From contig CAZUJQ010000002.1 of NCBI GenBank assembly GCA_964620805.1, positions 6,253 to 70,252 on the forward strand: a stretch of 64,000 nucleotides of DNA, in the 5' to 3' direction. Source of the DNA: an uncultured Planctomycetales bacterium. GTDB taxonomy: Bacteria; Omnitrophota; Gorgyraeia; Zapsychrales; JAHFFX01. How positions within the stretch are numbered: position 1 is the first letter of the stretch; each line of letters opens with the position of its first letter. Under the pieces are notes generated by a model, which ran no database searches, was not told where the DNA came from, and saw nothing but the letters and a program-made list of their open reading frames with translations. A program made the position numbers and the translations under genes. Of this stretch, positions 28,746 through 38,195 are shown piece by piece.

Positions 28746-29678
28746 TCAAGAAGAAAGATAACAACTTTCGGTCTTCTCCCAACAATATTTATAAAAAATA
28801 AGAGGTAAATAGAAACACAAAAGAAGAAAGACCTTTATCTTTAGAACACGCTTTCTTTTACTCTCCTTGAATAATTCATTCCAATTCATCCAGATAAATG
28901 CATGACGTAAATTGTGCGCAAAAGAATGGTAAGGATCCTTGAGAATCGTAATCAAACGGTTGCGTCCCTGAAGTCGTATGAGCCATTCGGGTTTGGACAT
29001 ATGAGAACTCATGTGGGCACCCATGTGGTAGTGCAACACACGGCTATTTGTCACACAGGCAATCCTAAATCCTCGGAATTTGGCCCTTCTGGAGAAATCA
29101 AGATCCTCATCGTACAGAAAATAGAAGGGATCAAGTCCACCGATTTTTTTAAAGACCTCTTTCTTAACCAGCATACAGACGCCCCCCATCCAATCCACCT
29201 CATAAAATTCAGAAAGGTGTCCTTTCTTCTGATCTTCCATATAACTTGTGCGAGCAAGCATTTTTGACCGGAAAATGTAATCGATTTCTTTCCCTTCATA
29301 ATCATATTGAATAGGGCCTAGAATTCCTATGTCGGGGTGGACCTGGAAGACTTTGATCATTTCCGTTAACCAGGTGCGCTCGGCTTTAATATCTTGATTT
29401 AAGATTCCAACATAGTTTGCATTCCTTTTGATGGCCTCCTGAATCCCAAGATTGTAAGCCGATGATCCGAGATTCTTCTTGCATCGAATAAGCAAAATAT
29501 TTTTGAAGTTGTGTTCAATGTAAGAAGGACTGTCATCCGTGGAGTGATTATCAACGGCAATGACCTGGAGATTAGAATAGTCCGTTTCCAGAAGGGAACG
29601 CAGGCATAAATCTATCCATTTTTTCCCGTTATAAATCAAGACCACCAAGGTGACACGTGGCCAACGATCGCTTTTCAT
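28746..29678 (-). CDS. GT2 glycosyltransferase (rhamnosyltransferase-like)
   Basis: DNHSTDDS, LNQD, FLYDEDLDFSRR. Confidence 0.85.
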   Translation of the reverse strand: MKSDRWPRVTLVVLIYNGKKWIDLCLRSLLETDYSNLQVIAVDNHSTDDSPSYIEHNFKNILLIRCKKNLGSSAYNLGIQEAIKRNANYVGILNQDIKAERTWLTEMIKVFQVHPDIGILGPIQYDYEGKEIDYIFRSKMLARTSYMEDQKKGHLSEFYEVDWMGGVCMLVKKEVFKKIGGLDPFYFLYDEDLDFSRRAKFRGFRIACVTNSRVLHYHMGAHMSSHMSKPEWLIRLQGRNRLITILKDPYHSFAHNLRHAFIWMNWNELFKESKRKRVLKIKVFLLLCFYLPLIFYKYCWEKTESCYLSS

Positions 29679-29703
29679 AAGGGTCCTTCCCTCCCTTCTA
29701 GTC

Positions 29704-29910
29704 GGTATTGTCAAAAGTTATTAACTTTGGTGTCATTGCGAGCCATCGTTGATATTTCGTTTTGGCGAAGCAATCTTTTTAGACGATCTCAAAGATTGCT
29801 TCGTCGTCGCTAAAAAGCGCTCCTCCTCGCAATGACACGATCTGGCATCCCCAAGTTTCATACTAATATTCTTTTTGATACCTACTCTTCATAAAACTTT
29901 TGACAGTACC
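29704..29910. mobile_element. MITE-like element containing a GTCATTGCGAG/CTCGCAATGAC palindrome
   Basis: TIR GGTATTGTCAAAAGTT / AACTTTTGACAGTACC; related copy at 62432-62622. Confidence 0.7.
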
Positions 29911-29928
29911 TTCCAAGGACTCTAGTCC

Positions 29929-30020
29929 TTAGGAATCGATGATTTCTACATGGGGGGCAGGATAAACCTTGTCTTGGCATTGCCCCAGGAGCGCACCTTG
30001 CGGATGATCTCGTCTTTTAT
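29929..30020 (-). pseudogene. Diverged duplicate of the C-methyltransferase 3' end
   Basis: IKDEIIRKVRSWGNAKTRFILP.. vs YKDEIIKKVRSWGNHKTKFILPHPKVEIVD at 31667-31760; frameshifted. Confidence 0.8.
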
Positions 30021-30074
30021 AATCTCTCTAACCTTAAAACCCTCGAACATATCCTCCCCCACCTTTCGCTTTTC

Positions 30075-31343
30075 TCATTTCTCCAAGAGCCACTTCCATA
30101 ATGGCAAAATTTGAATTTTTTCCCCGCCGGCCTTTTCTTCCCCCTCCTGATCGCTGGTGACGACCAGTAAGCGCCGGCATTGAAGAGACCGCCCCACCCT
30201 TAAAAGGGCCTTGATTTCCCGTTTTTTCGTCTCTCCGTCGTTCAGAGAACGGCAAACCTGGATCAACTGCGCTATTTTTTTGCCTTCTTTTACAAGGAAA
30301 TCCACCTCAAAAGAGGGATCCGAATAATAGAACACCTCTTTTCCCCTTCGTTTTAATTCCAAAAATACGGCGTTCTCCATGATTCTTCCATGGTCAATCG
30401 TCGTTTTCGGGATGAGGGCGGAAATGAGTCCTGTGTCTATACAGTAGACCTTGCGCGGTTGTTTGACCTGCTCTTTTATTTTAAATGAAAAAGGTTCCAA
30501 TTGAAACACCAGGTAAGTCTCCTCCAGGTAATTTAGATAATTTTTAACCGTATGGACGCTTTTCATTTCAAAAATATTCTTTAATTTATTGTAAGTCAGC
30601 CTTGCGCCGAAATTTGAGATCACATAAAGGGCCGCTTCTTTGAGGGCCTTAACATATTTTATGTTGTAACGCAAAACAACGTCCCGCGTGATGATCTTGT
30701 CGAAAAGTTCCCGGAGATATTGAGACCAGGCCTCAAGATGAAGGACCTCGGGAAATCCCCCCATTGTCAGATATTCATCGAGGGACCGGTTGATCAGGGC
30801 CCTCTTCTCGGTGGCATAGAAATCTTTTTCGTCAATGGAAATGTCTCTATAGGAGAGAAACTCCTTAAAGGAAAATGGATAAAGCTCAATTGTGAAATGC
30901 CTTCCCGTCAGATGGGTCGCCAGCTCTTTGCTGAGAAGTTTCGCGTTGCTGCCCGTAACGGTGATGATGTAGCGGCGCCTTTTCAGGCGGTTGACAAACA
31001 GTTCCCATCCTTCGATATTCTGCGCCTCATCCAGCAATAAATATTTAAAGCCCGGATGGATCTCCTGGAGAACCTCCAGAAAGTTGTTAAGGTCTTCTTT
31101 GGTGGCGCCGATAAGCCGCTCATCGTCAAAGTTGATATAACCGTATTCTTGGGAGCGCAGGGACTGATGCGCCAGGACCGATTTGCCGCATCTGCGGACC
31201 CCCATGATCACCTTGACCAAATCGGCCCCAAACATTTTTTTTGTCGACTGCCCGCACTCTCTTTCGACAATCCGTTCCTTAAAAAGATCGGCAACCTCTC
31301 CTTTTTGTTCTAGCAATATTTGCTTGATGAGATGTTTTTCCAT
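30075..31343 (-). CDS. AAA+ ATPase with DUF4143
   Basis: GVRRCGKS, LLDEAQ, TGSNA, KVYCIDTG, ENAVFLEL, EVDF. Confidence 0.9.
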   Translation of the reverse strand: MEKHLIKQILLEQKGEVADLFKERIVERECGQSTKKMFGADLVKVIMGVRRCGKSVLAHQSLRSQEYGYINFDDERLIGATKEDLNNFLEVLQEIHPGFKYLLLDEAQNIEGWELFVNRLKRRRYIITVTGSNAKLLSKELATHLTGRHFTIELYPFSFKEFLSYRDISIDEKDFYATEKRALINRSLDEYLTMGGFPEVLHLEAWSQYLRELFDKIITRDVVLRYNIKYVKALKEAALYVISNFGARLTYNKLKNIFEMKSVHTVKNYLNYLEETYLVFQLEPFSFKIKEQVKQPRKVYCIDTGLISALIPKTTIDHGRIMENAVFLELKRRGKEVFYYSDPSFEVDFLVKEGKKIAQLIQVCRSLNDGETKKREIKALLRVGRSLQCRRLLVVTSDQEGEEKAGGEKIQILPLWKWLLEK

Positions 31344-31349
31344 ATTATT

Positions 31350-31480
31350 CTCCTTCGCCCCGCCTGTCTGCCGACAGGCAGACAGGCGGGGCTTCGGAGG
31401 AATTATTCTGCTCGAGAATATTCCTGCGAAGCCCCACCTCTTGCATTCTGCAAGAATGCGGTGGGGCGTAGCAGAATAGC
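31350..31480. repeat. Palindromic repeat cluster
   Basis: CCCGCCTGTCTGCC-GACA-GGCAGACAGGCGGG and GCTTCGGAGGAATTATTC..GAATATTCCTGCGAAGC (related to 24343-24381). Confidence 0.7.
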
Positions 31481-31516
31481 CGCCTTCTCATTGTTGTCAA
31501 CAGACTGCATAAGATA

Positions 31517-31552
31517 TATCTATTTTGTGCAGTGTACTGCACCAAATAGATA
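31517..31552. promoter_or_regulatory. 17-bp inverted repeat, putative operator
   Basis: TATCTATTTTGTGCAGT-GT-ACTGCACCAAATAGATA upstream of the second ATPase. Confidence 0.5.
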
Positions 31553-31666
31553 ATACCATGAAAGAATCTCCCGGTGCAATTTTTTTCTTTTCCTGTCCGT
31601 TCTCATCGTAACAGGACGCTCCCGTAATGTCCGCTGGCGGCGAGGTCTTGCTCCGCTCAGATATCA

Positions 31667-32962
31667 TCAATCCACGATCTCCACCTTGGGGTGCGGCAGA
31701 ATGAATTTAGTCTTATGGTTTCCCCAGGACCTGACCTTCTTGATGATCTCATCCTTATAATTCCAAATCGTCAAAAGGTAATAATCCGGGGGATTGAGCA
31801 TGGCCTCTTCTTCGCTGATCACTTTGATGTTGGCCAAAGGAATATATTTCCCCTGCTTGGTCGGCGTGGAATCCACTACCATGGGAACAAGATCCTTGCG
31901 GATTCCGTAGTAGTTAAAGAGTGTCGTCGATTTCGCTGAGGCGCCGTAGGCGTGGACGCTTTTGCCTTCGGACTTAAGCCGCAAAAGCAGCCGGATCATG
32001 TCTTCCTTGTTTTGCTGAAGACGGGTGCGGAAATCCGCATAATATCCCGGCTGGTGCAGGTCTTTTTCCGATTCCAGATATTTTTTGACCTCTTCGGAGG
32101 TGGGATAGCCCGCGCAGGCCAGTTTGGCCACAAATGTCATGGTTCCACCGTGAATGGCGCTGTGCATCACATCCACCAGAATCATTCCATAACGTTTGAG
32201 GATTTCCGAGATGCTACGCACGGAATAGTAATACATGTGTTCATGATAGACCTGGTCGAACTCCTGCTTGACCATCGTATCCAGAAAATAGGCATTTTCT
32301 ATGATGAGGGTCCCTTCATCCGAGAGAAGGATTTGCACGCCTTCCAGCATGCGCCACGGTTTTTCGTTATGCGCAAAACAATGCCTGGCCACGATCACGC
32401 TCTTACGCCCTTCGAAGGCCAGGAGCCTTTGGGCCGCCTCAGAGTTGAAAAAACTATTGAGGGTTGAGATGCCGCGTTGATTGGCCATGGCCGCCACGTT
32501 GGAAGCAGGATCCACGCCAGTCACGGAGCGCACGTGAGGGGAAACGAATTCCAGAAAACGGCCGATATTGCTTCCGATTTCGAGCAACCGGGATGATGAG
32601 GAAAGAAACCCTTTGCCTTTCAGGAAATCCAGGATTTTCCCGTAATGCGCCGTCAACTCCCCGCTGACCGGAGTGATGTAATTGTAATTATCATAAAGCT
32701 CATGGCTGTCTGCGCAATAACTGAGTTGGGCTGCCGAGCATTGACGACAGATCAAAAGCACCAAGGGATAGATTTTCACCGGATCATGCAGTGAGGAAAC
32801 GAGCGCATTGGCGAAAGGGTGATGCCCCAGATCCAGCAAAACAAAAGTCTTTCCACCGCAGATACGACAATCGATTGTTGGTTCGTGATCCACCGGAATA
32901 CGCTCCGCAGCTACAGGCATAACTGCGGCTGTTTTTGTATCGCTCAGCGATATCTCAGCCAT
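31667..32962 (-). CDS. NDP-sugar C-methyltransferase
   Basis: CRICG..LDLG.HP.AN zinc region, EIGSNIG, FDQVYHEH, HGG, YGASAKSTT. Confidence 0.9.
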   Translation of the reverse strand: MAEISLSDTKTAAVMPVAAERIPVDHEPTIDCRICGGKTFVLLDLGHHPFANALVSSLHDPVKIYPLVLLICRQCSAAQLSYCADSHELYDNYNYITPVSGELTAHYGKILDFLKGKGFLSSSSRLLEIGSNIGRFLEFVSPHVRSVTGVDPASNVAAMANQRGISTLNSFFNSEAAQRLLAFEGRKSVIVARHCFAHNEKPWRMLEGVQILLSDEGTLIIENAYFLDTMVKQEFDQVYHEHMYYYSVRSISEILKRYGMILVDVMHSAIHGGTMTFVAKLACAGYPTSEEVKKYLESEKDLHQPGYYADFRTRLQQNKEDMIRLLLRLKSEGKSVHAYGASAKSTTLFNYYGIRKDLVPMVVDSTPTKQGKYIPLANIKVISEEEAMLNPPDYYLLTIWNYKDEIIKKVRSWGNHKTKFILPHPKVEIVD

Positions 32963-32977
32963 GAGAGGTTACCTCCT

Positions 32978-34180
32978 CTATACGTTGCCGAAGGGGAAAG
33001 TAGGGACAGCGCCCACTTTTGAAAAAGTAGGCGCTGTCCCTACTTTCCGAATTTCCTCCCAGGCCCGAAGAGCCAGGCTGTCAGGAATCTCCAAATCCTG
33101 GAAGGTCAAGATTTGCTCGGGTTCAACCGTTCTCTTGACGAGGGCGTTATGCACCAACCCCAAGGGCATATGCCCCGGATGTTCGGTCATTTTGACCGTC
33201 ACGCCCCGCAAAGAAAAGCTTCCCATGCCATGGGGAATCGATTCTCCCGGTGATAATTTCTTTTTCGCGATCGCGGCGATGCTGACTGTAGGACGGCTAG
33301 AGTTGTTGAGAAGAGCCGATCTTCCTTCAAAAGCCCTGCGAATAGTTTTAGGAATTTCCAGATGGCAGAGAATATGATTTTTAAAGAGCGAATAATAGGG
33401 TCCCTCTCCTAGTTTGAAATAATCCAGGGCCTGCTGCTGCACTTCGTCATGTTCCGCGATTAGAAAAATTTTGAAATGCGATTTGGCGATGACCGTGTAA
33501 TCGCTGATCGCTTGGCCGAGGCGCTTGGCTTCCTCAGCCAGGATATTCACGCACTCCTGAAAATTCTTAGTCTGGGGGCCCAGCATCCCGGTCTGTAGAA
33601 TAGTGGCGTTGAGGCCGTTGGCTATCAAGGCTTGCTCATACTGCATCTTGGTTCCATCGGTCGCGGCTGTGACCATGCCTAAAGTCAATCTCTGTTTCCT
33701 GGACCAAAATTGCATGTTTTCCAAAGACGGATTGGGATCGTAGAATCCCTTGACATTGCCAAAGACCAAGGGCCGAAATCCCATTTGGACAGCGTCCTCA
33801 TGGAGGGCCGCCAGGCAGCCGGGTTGATCTCCTTCGGCCTCGGTCAGATAACCTTTGTCCACAAAAAAAGAACCGGTCGTCACGTGGAATTCAGAGTTCA
33901 TGGTGACGACCGGAAGGCCCGCTTGAAAAGCGCGGTTGACAACCTCGGTGGCATGCAGAACATCGCCGCTACATTCCACGATCAAATCGGAATGGTCGAT
34001 GAGTTCGTCCAGAGAATTGGTCATAAGGTCCGACCGCGGGAATTCCCAACAGGAAGCAATGGGCCGGCGGGTCAAAACTTTGGAGACCGCGAAATCCTGC
34101 ACATTCTGCATGGCGAGCATAAAGCCCCGGGCGATGAATCCTGAGCCGACGACACCGATTTTTTTGATGGAACTTTTCAT
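32978..34180 (-). CDS. NAD(P)-dependent oxidoreductase, homoserine-dehydrogenase-like, with SAF domain
   Basis: IGVVGSGFIA, VVTMNSE, EGDQPG, DGTK; start at MKSSIKK. Confidence 0.8.
   Translation of the reverse strand: MKSSIKKIGVVGSGFIARGFMLAMQNVQDFAVSKVLTRRPIASCWEFPRSDLMTNSLDELIDHSDLIVECSGDVLHATEVVNRAFQAGLPVVTMNSEFHVTTGSFFVDKGYLTEAEGDQPGCLAALHEDAVQMGFRPLVFGNVKGFYDPNPSLENMQFWSRKQRLTLGMVTAATDGTKMQYEQALIANGLNATILQTGMLGPQTKNFQECVNILAEEAKRLGQAISDYTVIAKSHFKIFLIAEHDEVQQQALDYFKLGEGPYYSLFKNHILCHLEIPKTIRRAFEGRSALLNNSSRPTVSIAAIAKKKLSPGESIPHGMGSFSLRGVTVKMTEHPGHMPLGLVHNALVKRTVEPEQILTFQDLEIPDSLALRAWEEIRKVGTAPTFSKVGAVPTFPFGNV
32995..33048. repeat. In-frame palindrome (family C)
   Basis: AGTAGGGACAGCGCCCACTTTT / AAAAGTAGGCGCTGTCCCTACT; encodes KVGTAPTFSKVGAVPTF. 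Confidence 0.8.
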
Positions 34181-34198
34181 GGTTTTAAATTGCTCAAA

Positions 34199-34363
34199 TG
34201 TTTCCAATGTTTCCGAAGTTTCCGAGGTTGCCAAGGTTATCTTATTCATTCCGACATTCTTAAGGTTAATTAACGTTGCCTGACGTTTTCAACCTTTTGT
34301 AACTTCGGGTAACCTCTAAAAGGCAACTTCGGCAACGTCGGCAACCTGGGAAACATTGGCAAC
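34199..34363. repeat. Family A palindromic element
   Basis: Same arms; TTCATTCCGACATTCTTAAGGTT core. Confidence 0.9.
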
Positions 34364-34370
34364 ATAATCA

Positions 34371-35402
34371 CTAAGCATCCACCTCCGTAACTTCCATCAC
34401 CTTCTTAACCTCCATAACCTCATTAACCTTAAATTCCCTTTCCTTGAGCTTCTGGAGCCAATCCTCATGCTCGACATACCATTGAATCGTCCGGTCTAAA
34501 CCTTTCTCAAAATCAACAGAAGGCCTCCAGCCCAGTTCATCTTGAATTTTATGAGAATCAATCGCGTAGCGGCGGTCATGTCCCAGGCGATCCTCCACAA
34601 ACTCGATCAAAGACTCCGGTTTTCTTAGTTTTTTCAATAGCAATTTCACGAGATCGATGTTTCGCCATTCGTTGCTCCCCCCGATGTTATAGATCTCCCC
34701 CAACCGGCCTTTTTGCAGGACGACGTCAATCGCCCGGCAATGATTCTCTACGTAGAGCCAATCCCGGACATTCAGCCCGTCCCCGTAGACCGGCAATTTC
34801 TTATTGGCCAGGGCGTTGTTGATCATAAGAGGAATGAGTTTCTCCGGATACTGGTAGGGCCCGTAATTGTTGGAGCAGCGCGTGATGATCGCGGGAAACT
34901 TATATGTTTCATAATAGGATCGGACCAGGCAATCAGAGCCGGCCTTGCTGGCGGAATAAGGGCTGTTGGGCATAAGGGGTGAAGTCTCCAGGAAATAACC
35001 GCTGTGGCCCAAAGTGCCGTAGACCTCGTCCGTTGAGACATGAATGAATCTTTTCACTTGAGCCCTCATGGCCGCCTCTAAAAGATGGTAAGTGCCCAGG
35101 ACATTGGTGCGGACAAAAGCGGAGGCATCCTTGATGCTGCGGTCCACATGGGTTTCCGCGGCAAAATGAACCACATAAGCCGCACCTTCCATGGCCTTCC
35201 AGACATCGTCGAACTCCGCAATGTCTCCCAGGACGAAATTGTAGTGCGGATCGTCTTCTAGATCTCGAAGGTTGTTGAGATTGCCGGCGTAGGTGAGCTT
35301 GTCCAGATTAACGATGGCAACATCGGGATGAGTTCCCATCATATACCGCACAAAGTTTGATCCGATGAATCCGCAGCCACCGGTGACGAGTATTTTTTTC
35401 AT
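34371..35402 (-). CDS. rfbB: dTDP-glucose 4,6-dehydratase
   Basis: GGCGFIGSNF, DKLTYAGN, STDEVYG, YSASK. Confidence 0.95.
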   Translation of the reverse strand: MKKILVTGGCGFIGSNFVRYMMGTHPDVAIVNLDKLTYAGNLNNLRDLEDDPHYNFVLGDIAEFDDVWKAMEGAAYVVHFAAETHVDRSIKDASAFVRTNVLGTYHLLEAAMRAQVKRFIHVSTDEVYGTLGHSGYFLETSPLMPNSPYSASKAGSDCLVRSYYETYKFPAIITRCSNNYGPYQYPEKLIPLMINNALANKKLPVYGDGLNVRDWLYVENHCRAIDVVLQKGRLGEIYNIGGSNEWRNIDLVKLLLKKLRKPESLIEFVEDRLGHDRRYAIDSHKIQDELGWRPSVDFEKGLDRTIQWYVEHEDWLQKLKEREFKVNEVMEVKKVMEVTEVDA

Positions 35403-35414
35403 AGATTCCTTTCA

Positions 35415-35486
35415 GAAATTAGGGACAGCTCCTACTTTTTATAAAAAAATGCATTGTCAGCAAAAGTAGGCGCTGTCCCTAATTTT
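35415..35486. repeat. Family C palindrome overlapping the rfbD 3' end
   Basis: AATTAGGGACAGCTCCTACTTTT ... AAAAGTAGGCGCTGTCCCTAATT. Confidence 0.8.
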
Positions 35487-36331
35487 TCTAGAAACCGCTC
35501 AACGGCGTCCTGCCACGTTGGAGGTGTCATTTTGAGATCATCCGCCAACTTCTTGTTGGACATGGCGGAAAACGCCGGCCGCCGCGCCTGAAGCCTAAAC
35601 GAATCTGCCGGAACCGGGATCAATTCCATCGTCCTTCCGATTCTCTCGAAATAATATCTTGCCCATTCCAGGCGGGAACAATAGCCGCTGTTGGTCAAGT
35701 GATACAGGCCTTCTAATCTCTTGTTTAGCGCCAAAAATGTAAACTCGACCACATCCTCTGTGAAGGTGGGAACGGAGGTCTCATCACAGGCGATTTGAAG
35801 ACGATCGGTATTTTTCGCCCATTCCTCAAGCCGGAAAAGAAAATTATTCTTGCCCTGCCCGAAAAGCCAGCTCAATCGGAATATCAGAAATTGATCCGTG
35901 TATTTCTCAACCGCCTTCTCCCCTTCCCACTTGCTGTGTCCGTACACGCTGATGGGGTCCGGTTGATCCTCTTCTGTGTAAGGGGTCCCTTTCTGGCCGT
36001 TGAAGACGTAATCCGAGCTGAAGTGAACCAGAAATATTCCCTGGCTGTGGCATAGGCGTGCCAGGTTCTCTACCGCTTCCTGGTTGACCTGATAGGCCTT
36101 GGCCTTTTCTTTTTCGGCCTGGTCCACATGATTGAAGGCTGTGCAGTTGATGATGAGATCCGGCCCGATTGTCTGGAGCATGGCCTCCATCTGGGTTTTA
36201 TTCGTGATGTCCAAGTGGGCGTAATCGAAGCCCGCATAAGACACTTTGGACAACTCGAGCTTTCGGACAAATTCCCCTCCAAGCTGGCCTTCGCTTCCGA
36301 GAATCAAAGTTTTCTTATTGGTTTTTATCAT
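35432..36331 (-). CDS. rfbD: dTDP-4-dehydrorhamnose reductase
   Basis: GSEGQLG, SSDYVFNG, YGHSK, ARRP. Confidence 0.95.
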   Translation of the reverse strand: MIKTNKKTLILGSEGQLGGEFVRKLELSKVSYAGFDYAHLDITNKTQMEAMLQTIGPDLIINCTAFNHVDQAEKEKAKAYQVNQEAVENLARLCHSQGIFLVHFSSDYVFNGQKGTPYTEEDQPDPISVYGHSKWEGEKAVEKYTDQFLIFRLSWLFGQGKNNFLFRLEEWAKNTDRLQIACDETSVPTFTEDVVEFTFLALNKRLEGLYHLTNSGYCSRLEWARYYFERIGRTMELIPVPADSFRLQARRPAFSAMSNKKLADDLKMTPPTWQDAVERFLEKLGTAPTFADNAFFYKK

Positions 36332-36365
36332 AGGTTGCCAATGTTATCTCATTTTATAAATAGGT

Positions 36366-36488
36366 TAGGTAGTGTGGTAAAGGTTAAGTTGTGAGTTTAG
36401 TAGTGAGGTTAAGAAGTGTGTCAAATGCCGACACTCACTACCCACTACTCACAACTTAACACACTCCCTTACCCTAACCTCACAACCC
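36366..36488. repeat. Low-complexity palindromic element (family D)
   Basis: GTGGTAAAGGTTAAGTTGTGAGTTTAGTAGTGAG ... CTCACTACCCACTACTCACAAC; inverted copy at 37131-37240. Confidence 0.75.
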
Positions 36489-36512
36489 ATCCTTTCGTAG
36501 CTTCAGACAACC

Positions 36513-37097
36513 TTATTGTTGAGCATGCGAGTCAACACGTGCTCCGTAGCTAAAATTGCAATCCGCCTCCTTTAACCGTGGATATTGACTGTCCTTTTCT
36601 GACAGAACGGGCTTTCGGACCGGCCAAGTAATGGCCAGGTCCGGGTCATTCCAAAGGATGCCGCGTTCCTCTTCGGGTGTATAAACCTCTGTACAGTAAT
36701 AAATCACCTGAGCGCGTTTCGAAAGGACGCAGAATCCATGCGCAAATCCTTCCGGAATGTAAAGCATCTTTTTTTGCTCTGAGTTCAGATATTTGGCCAC
36801 CCAGCGCCCGAAATAGGGAGAACCGGATCTTAAGTCCACGGCCACATCAAAGATTTTGCCTTCGACAACGCTGACCATCTTTCCCTGAGCGGCGGGATGC
36901 TTTTGATAATGCAATCCCCTTAAGGTGTCCTGGCTGCTATGAGAATGATTCACTTGCACAAAGGGTTTAAGGATGCCGTTTTGCTGGAATTCCGGGAATT
37001 TATACACTTCGGTAAAATATCCTCGGCTGTCGCGATAGACATCGGACTCGATCTCTAGGACATCGGGGATCTCGTTTTTAAAGAAGCGAAAGGCCAT
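36513..37097 (-). CDS. rfbC: dTDP-4-dehydrorhamnose 3,5-epimerase
   Basis: DSRGYF, LRGLHYQ, DVAVDLR, GFAHGF. Confidence 0.95.
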   Translation of the reverse strand: MAFRFFKNEIPDVLEIESDVYRDSRGYFTEVYKFPEFQQNGILKPFVQVNHSHSSQDTLRGLHYQKHPAAQGKMVSVVEGKIFDVAVDLRSGSPYFGRWVAKYLNSEQKKMLYIPEGFAHGFCVLSKRAQVIYYCTEVYTPEEERGILWNDPDLAITWPVRKPVLSEKDSQYPRLKEADCNFSYGARVDSHAQQ

Positions 37098-37130
37098 GGT
37101 TTTCCTTAAATGCTGATTCTAATAATCAGA

Positions 37131-37240
37131 GGGCTGTGAGGTTAAGGTAAGGTAGTGTGTTAAGTAATGTGGTTAAGTAGTGGGTCAGGACTCACTACTC
37201 ACTACCCACAACTAAACTCACTACATAACCTTTACCCCAC
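37131..37240. repeat. Family D element, inverted relative to 36366-36488
   Basis: Its reverse complement matches both halves of the 36366 copy. Confidence 0.75.
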
Positions 37241-37300
37241 ATCCAGATTTCTGAATATCAATAATCTCTTCCATCAACTCGTATACTACCAACTCGTATA

Positions 37301-38179
37301 CTACTCTTCCGCTAAAACACGCAAATAGTCGCTATAAGGCGTCTTGATTCCATCCGCCAATCGCAGGAGTTGTTGTTGGTCGATGAATCCCATCCGGTAC
37401 GCCACTTCCTCGATGCAACCGACTTTCAGGCCCTGATGATCTTCCAGGGCCCTGACGAAAGAGGAGGCGTTCAAAAGAGAATCATGGGTTCCGGTGTCCA
37501 GCCACGCATAGCCGCGGCCCAAGAGCGCCACTTTCAATTGCCTGCGGGAGAGGTATTCCATATTGACGTCCGTGATTTCCAGCTCTCCCCGCAGTGAAGG
37601 TTTCAGGGATTTGGTAATGGATACGATGTCCTGATTGTAGAAATACAGACCCGTGACGGCGTAATTGGATTTAGGATTCTTGGGCTTTTCTTCAATGGAA
37701 ACAACATTTTTCTGACCGTCGAATTCCACAACCCCGTAGCGTCCGGGGTCCTTCACGTAATAGGCAAAGACCGTGGCAAAGGGATCACTATCGGCTGTTT
37801 TGAGAAGATCAACGAAGCCGTTCCCAAAAAAGAGATTGTCCCCCAGGATCAAAGCGACATTGCTTTGTCCCAGGAACTTCTCCCCGATGATAAAGGACTC
37901 CGCGATGCCCTTGGGCTCTTCCTGCCTGGCGTATTGGATGTTTATCCCTAAATCCCGGCCGTCTGTGAAAAGATCCTCAAACAAAGGCAGAGCCTGGGAG
38001 GTGGAGATCACCAGAATGTTGCGAATGCCGGCCAGCATCAAAACCGACAGGGGATAATAGATCATCGGTTTATCATAAACCGGCAAAAGCTGTTTGCTGA
38101 CCCGCTTGGTGATGGGATAGAGCCGGGTGGCCTTGCCGCCGGCGAGGATGATGCCTTTTCGTTGTTTATGTTGGGTCAT
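37301..38179 (-). CDS. rfbA: Glucose-1-phosphate thymidylyltransferase
   Basis: GIILAGG..TRLYP, KQLLPVYDKPMIYYP, RGELEITD. Confidence 0.95.
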   Translation of the reverse strand: MTQHKQRKGIILAGGKATRLYPITKRVSKQLLPVYDKPMIYYPLSVLMLAGIRNILVISTSQALPLFEDLFTDGRDLGINIQYARQEEPKGIAESFIIGEKFLGQSNVALILGDNLFFGNGFVDLLKTADSDPFATVFAYYVKDPGRYGVVEFDGQKNVVSIEEKPKNPKSNYAVTGLYFYNQDIVSITKSLKPSLRGELEITDVNMEYLSRRQLKVALLGRGYAWLDTGTHDSLLNASSFVRALEDHQGLKVGCIEEVAYRMGFIDQQQLLRLADGIKTPYSDYLRVLAEE

Positions 38180-38195
38180 TTTTTATTTCCGTAAT

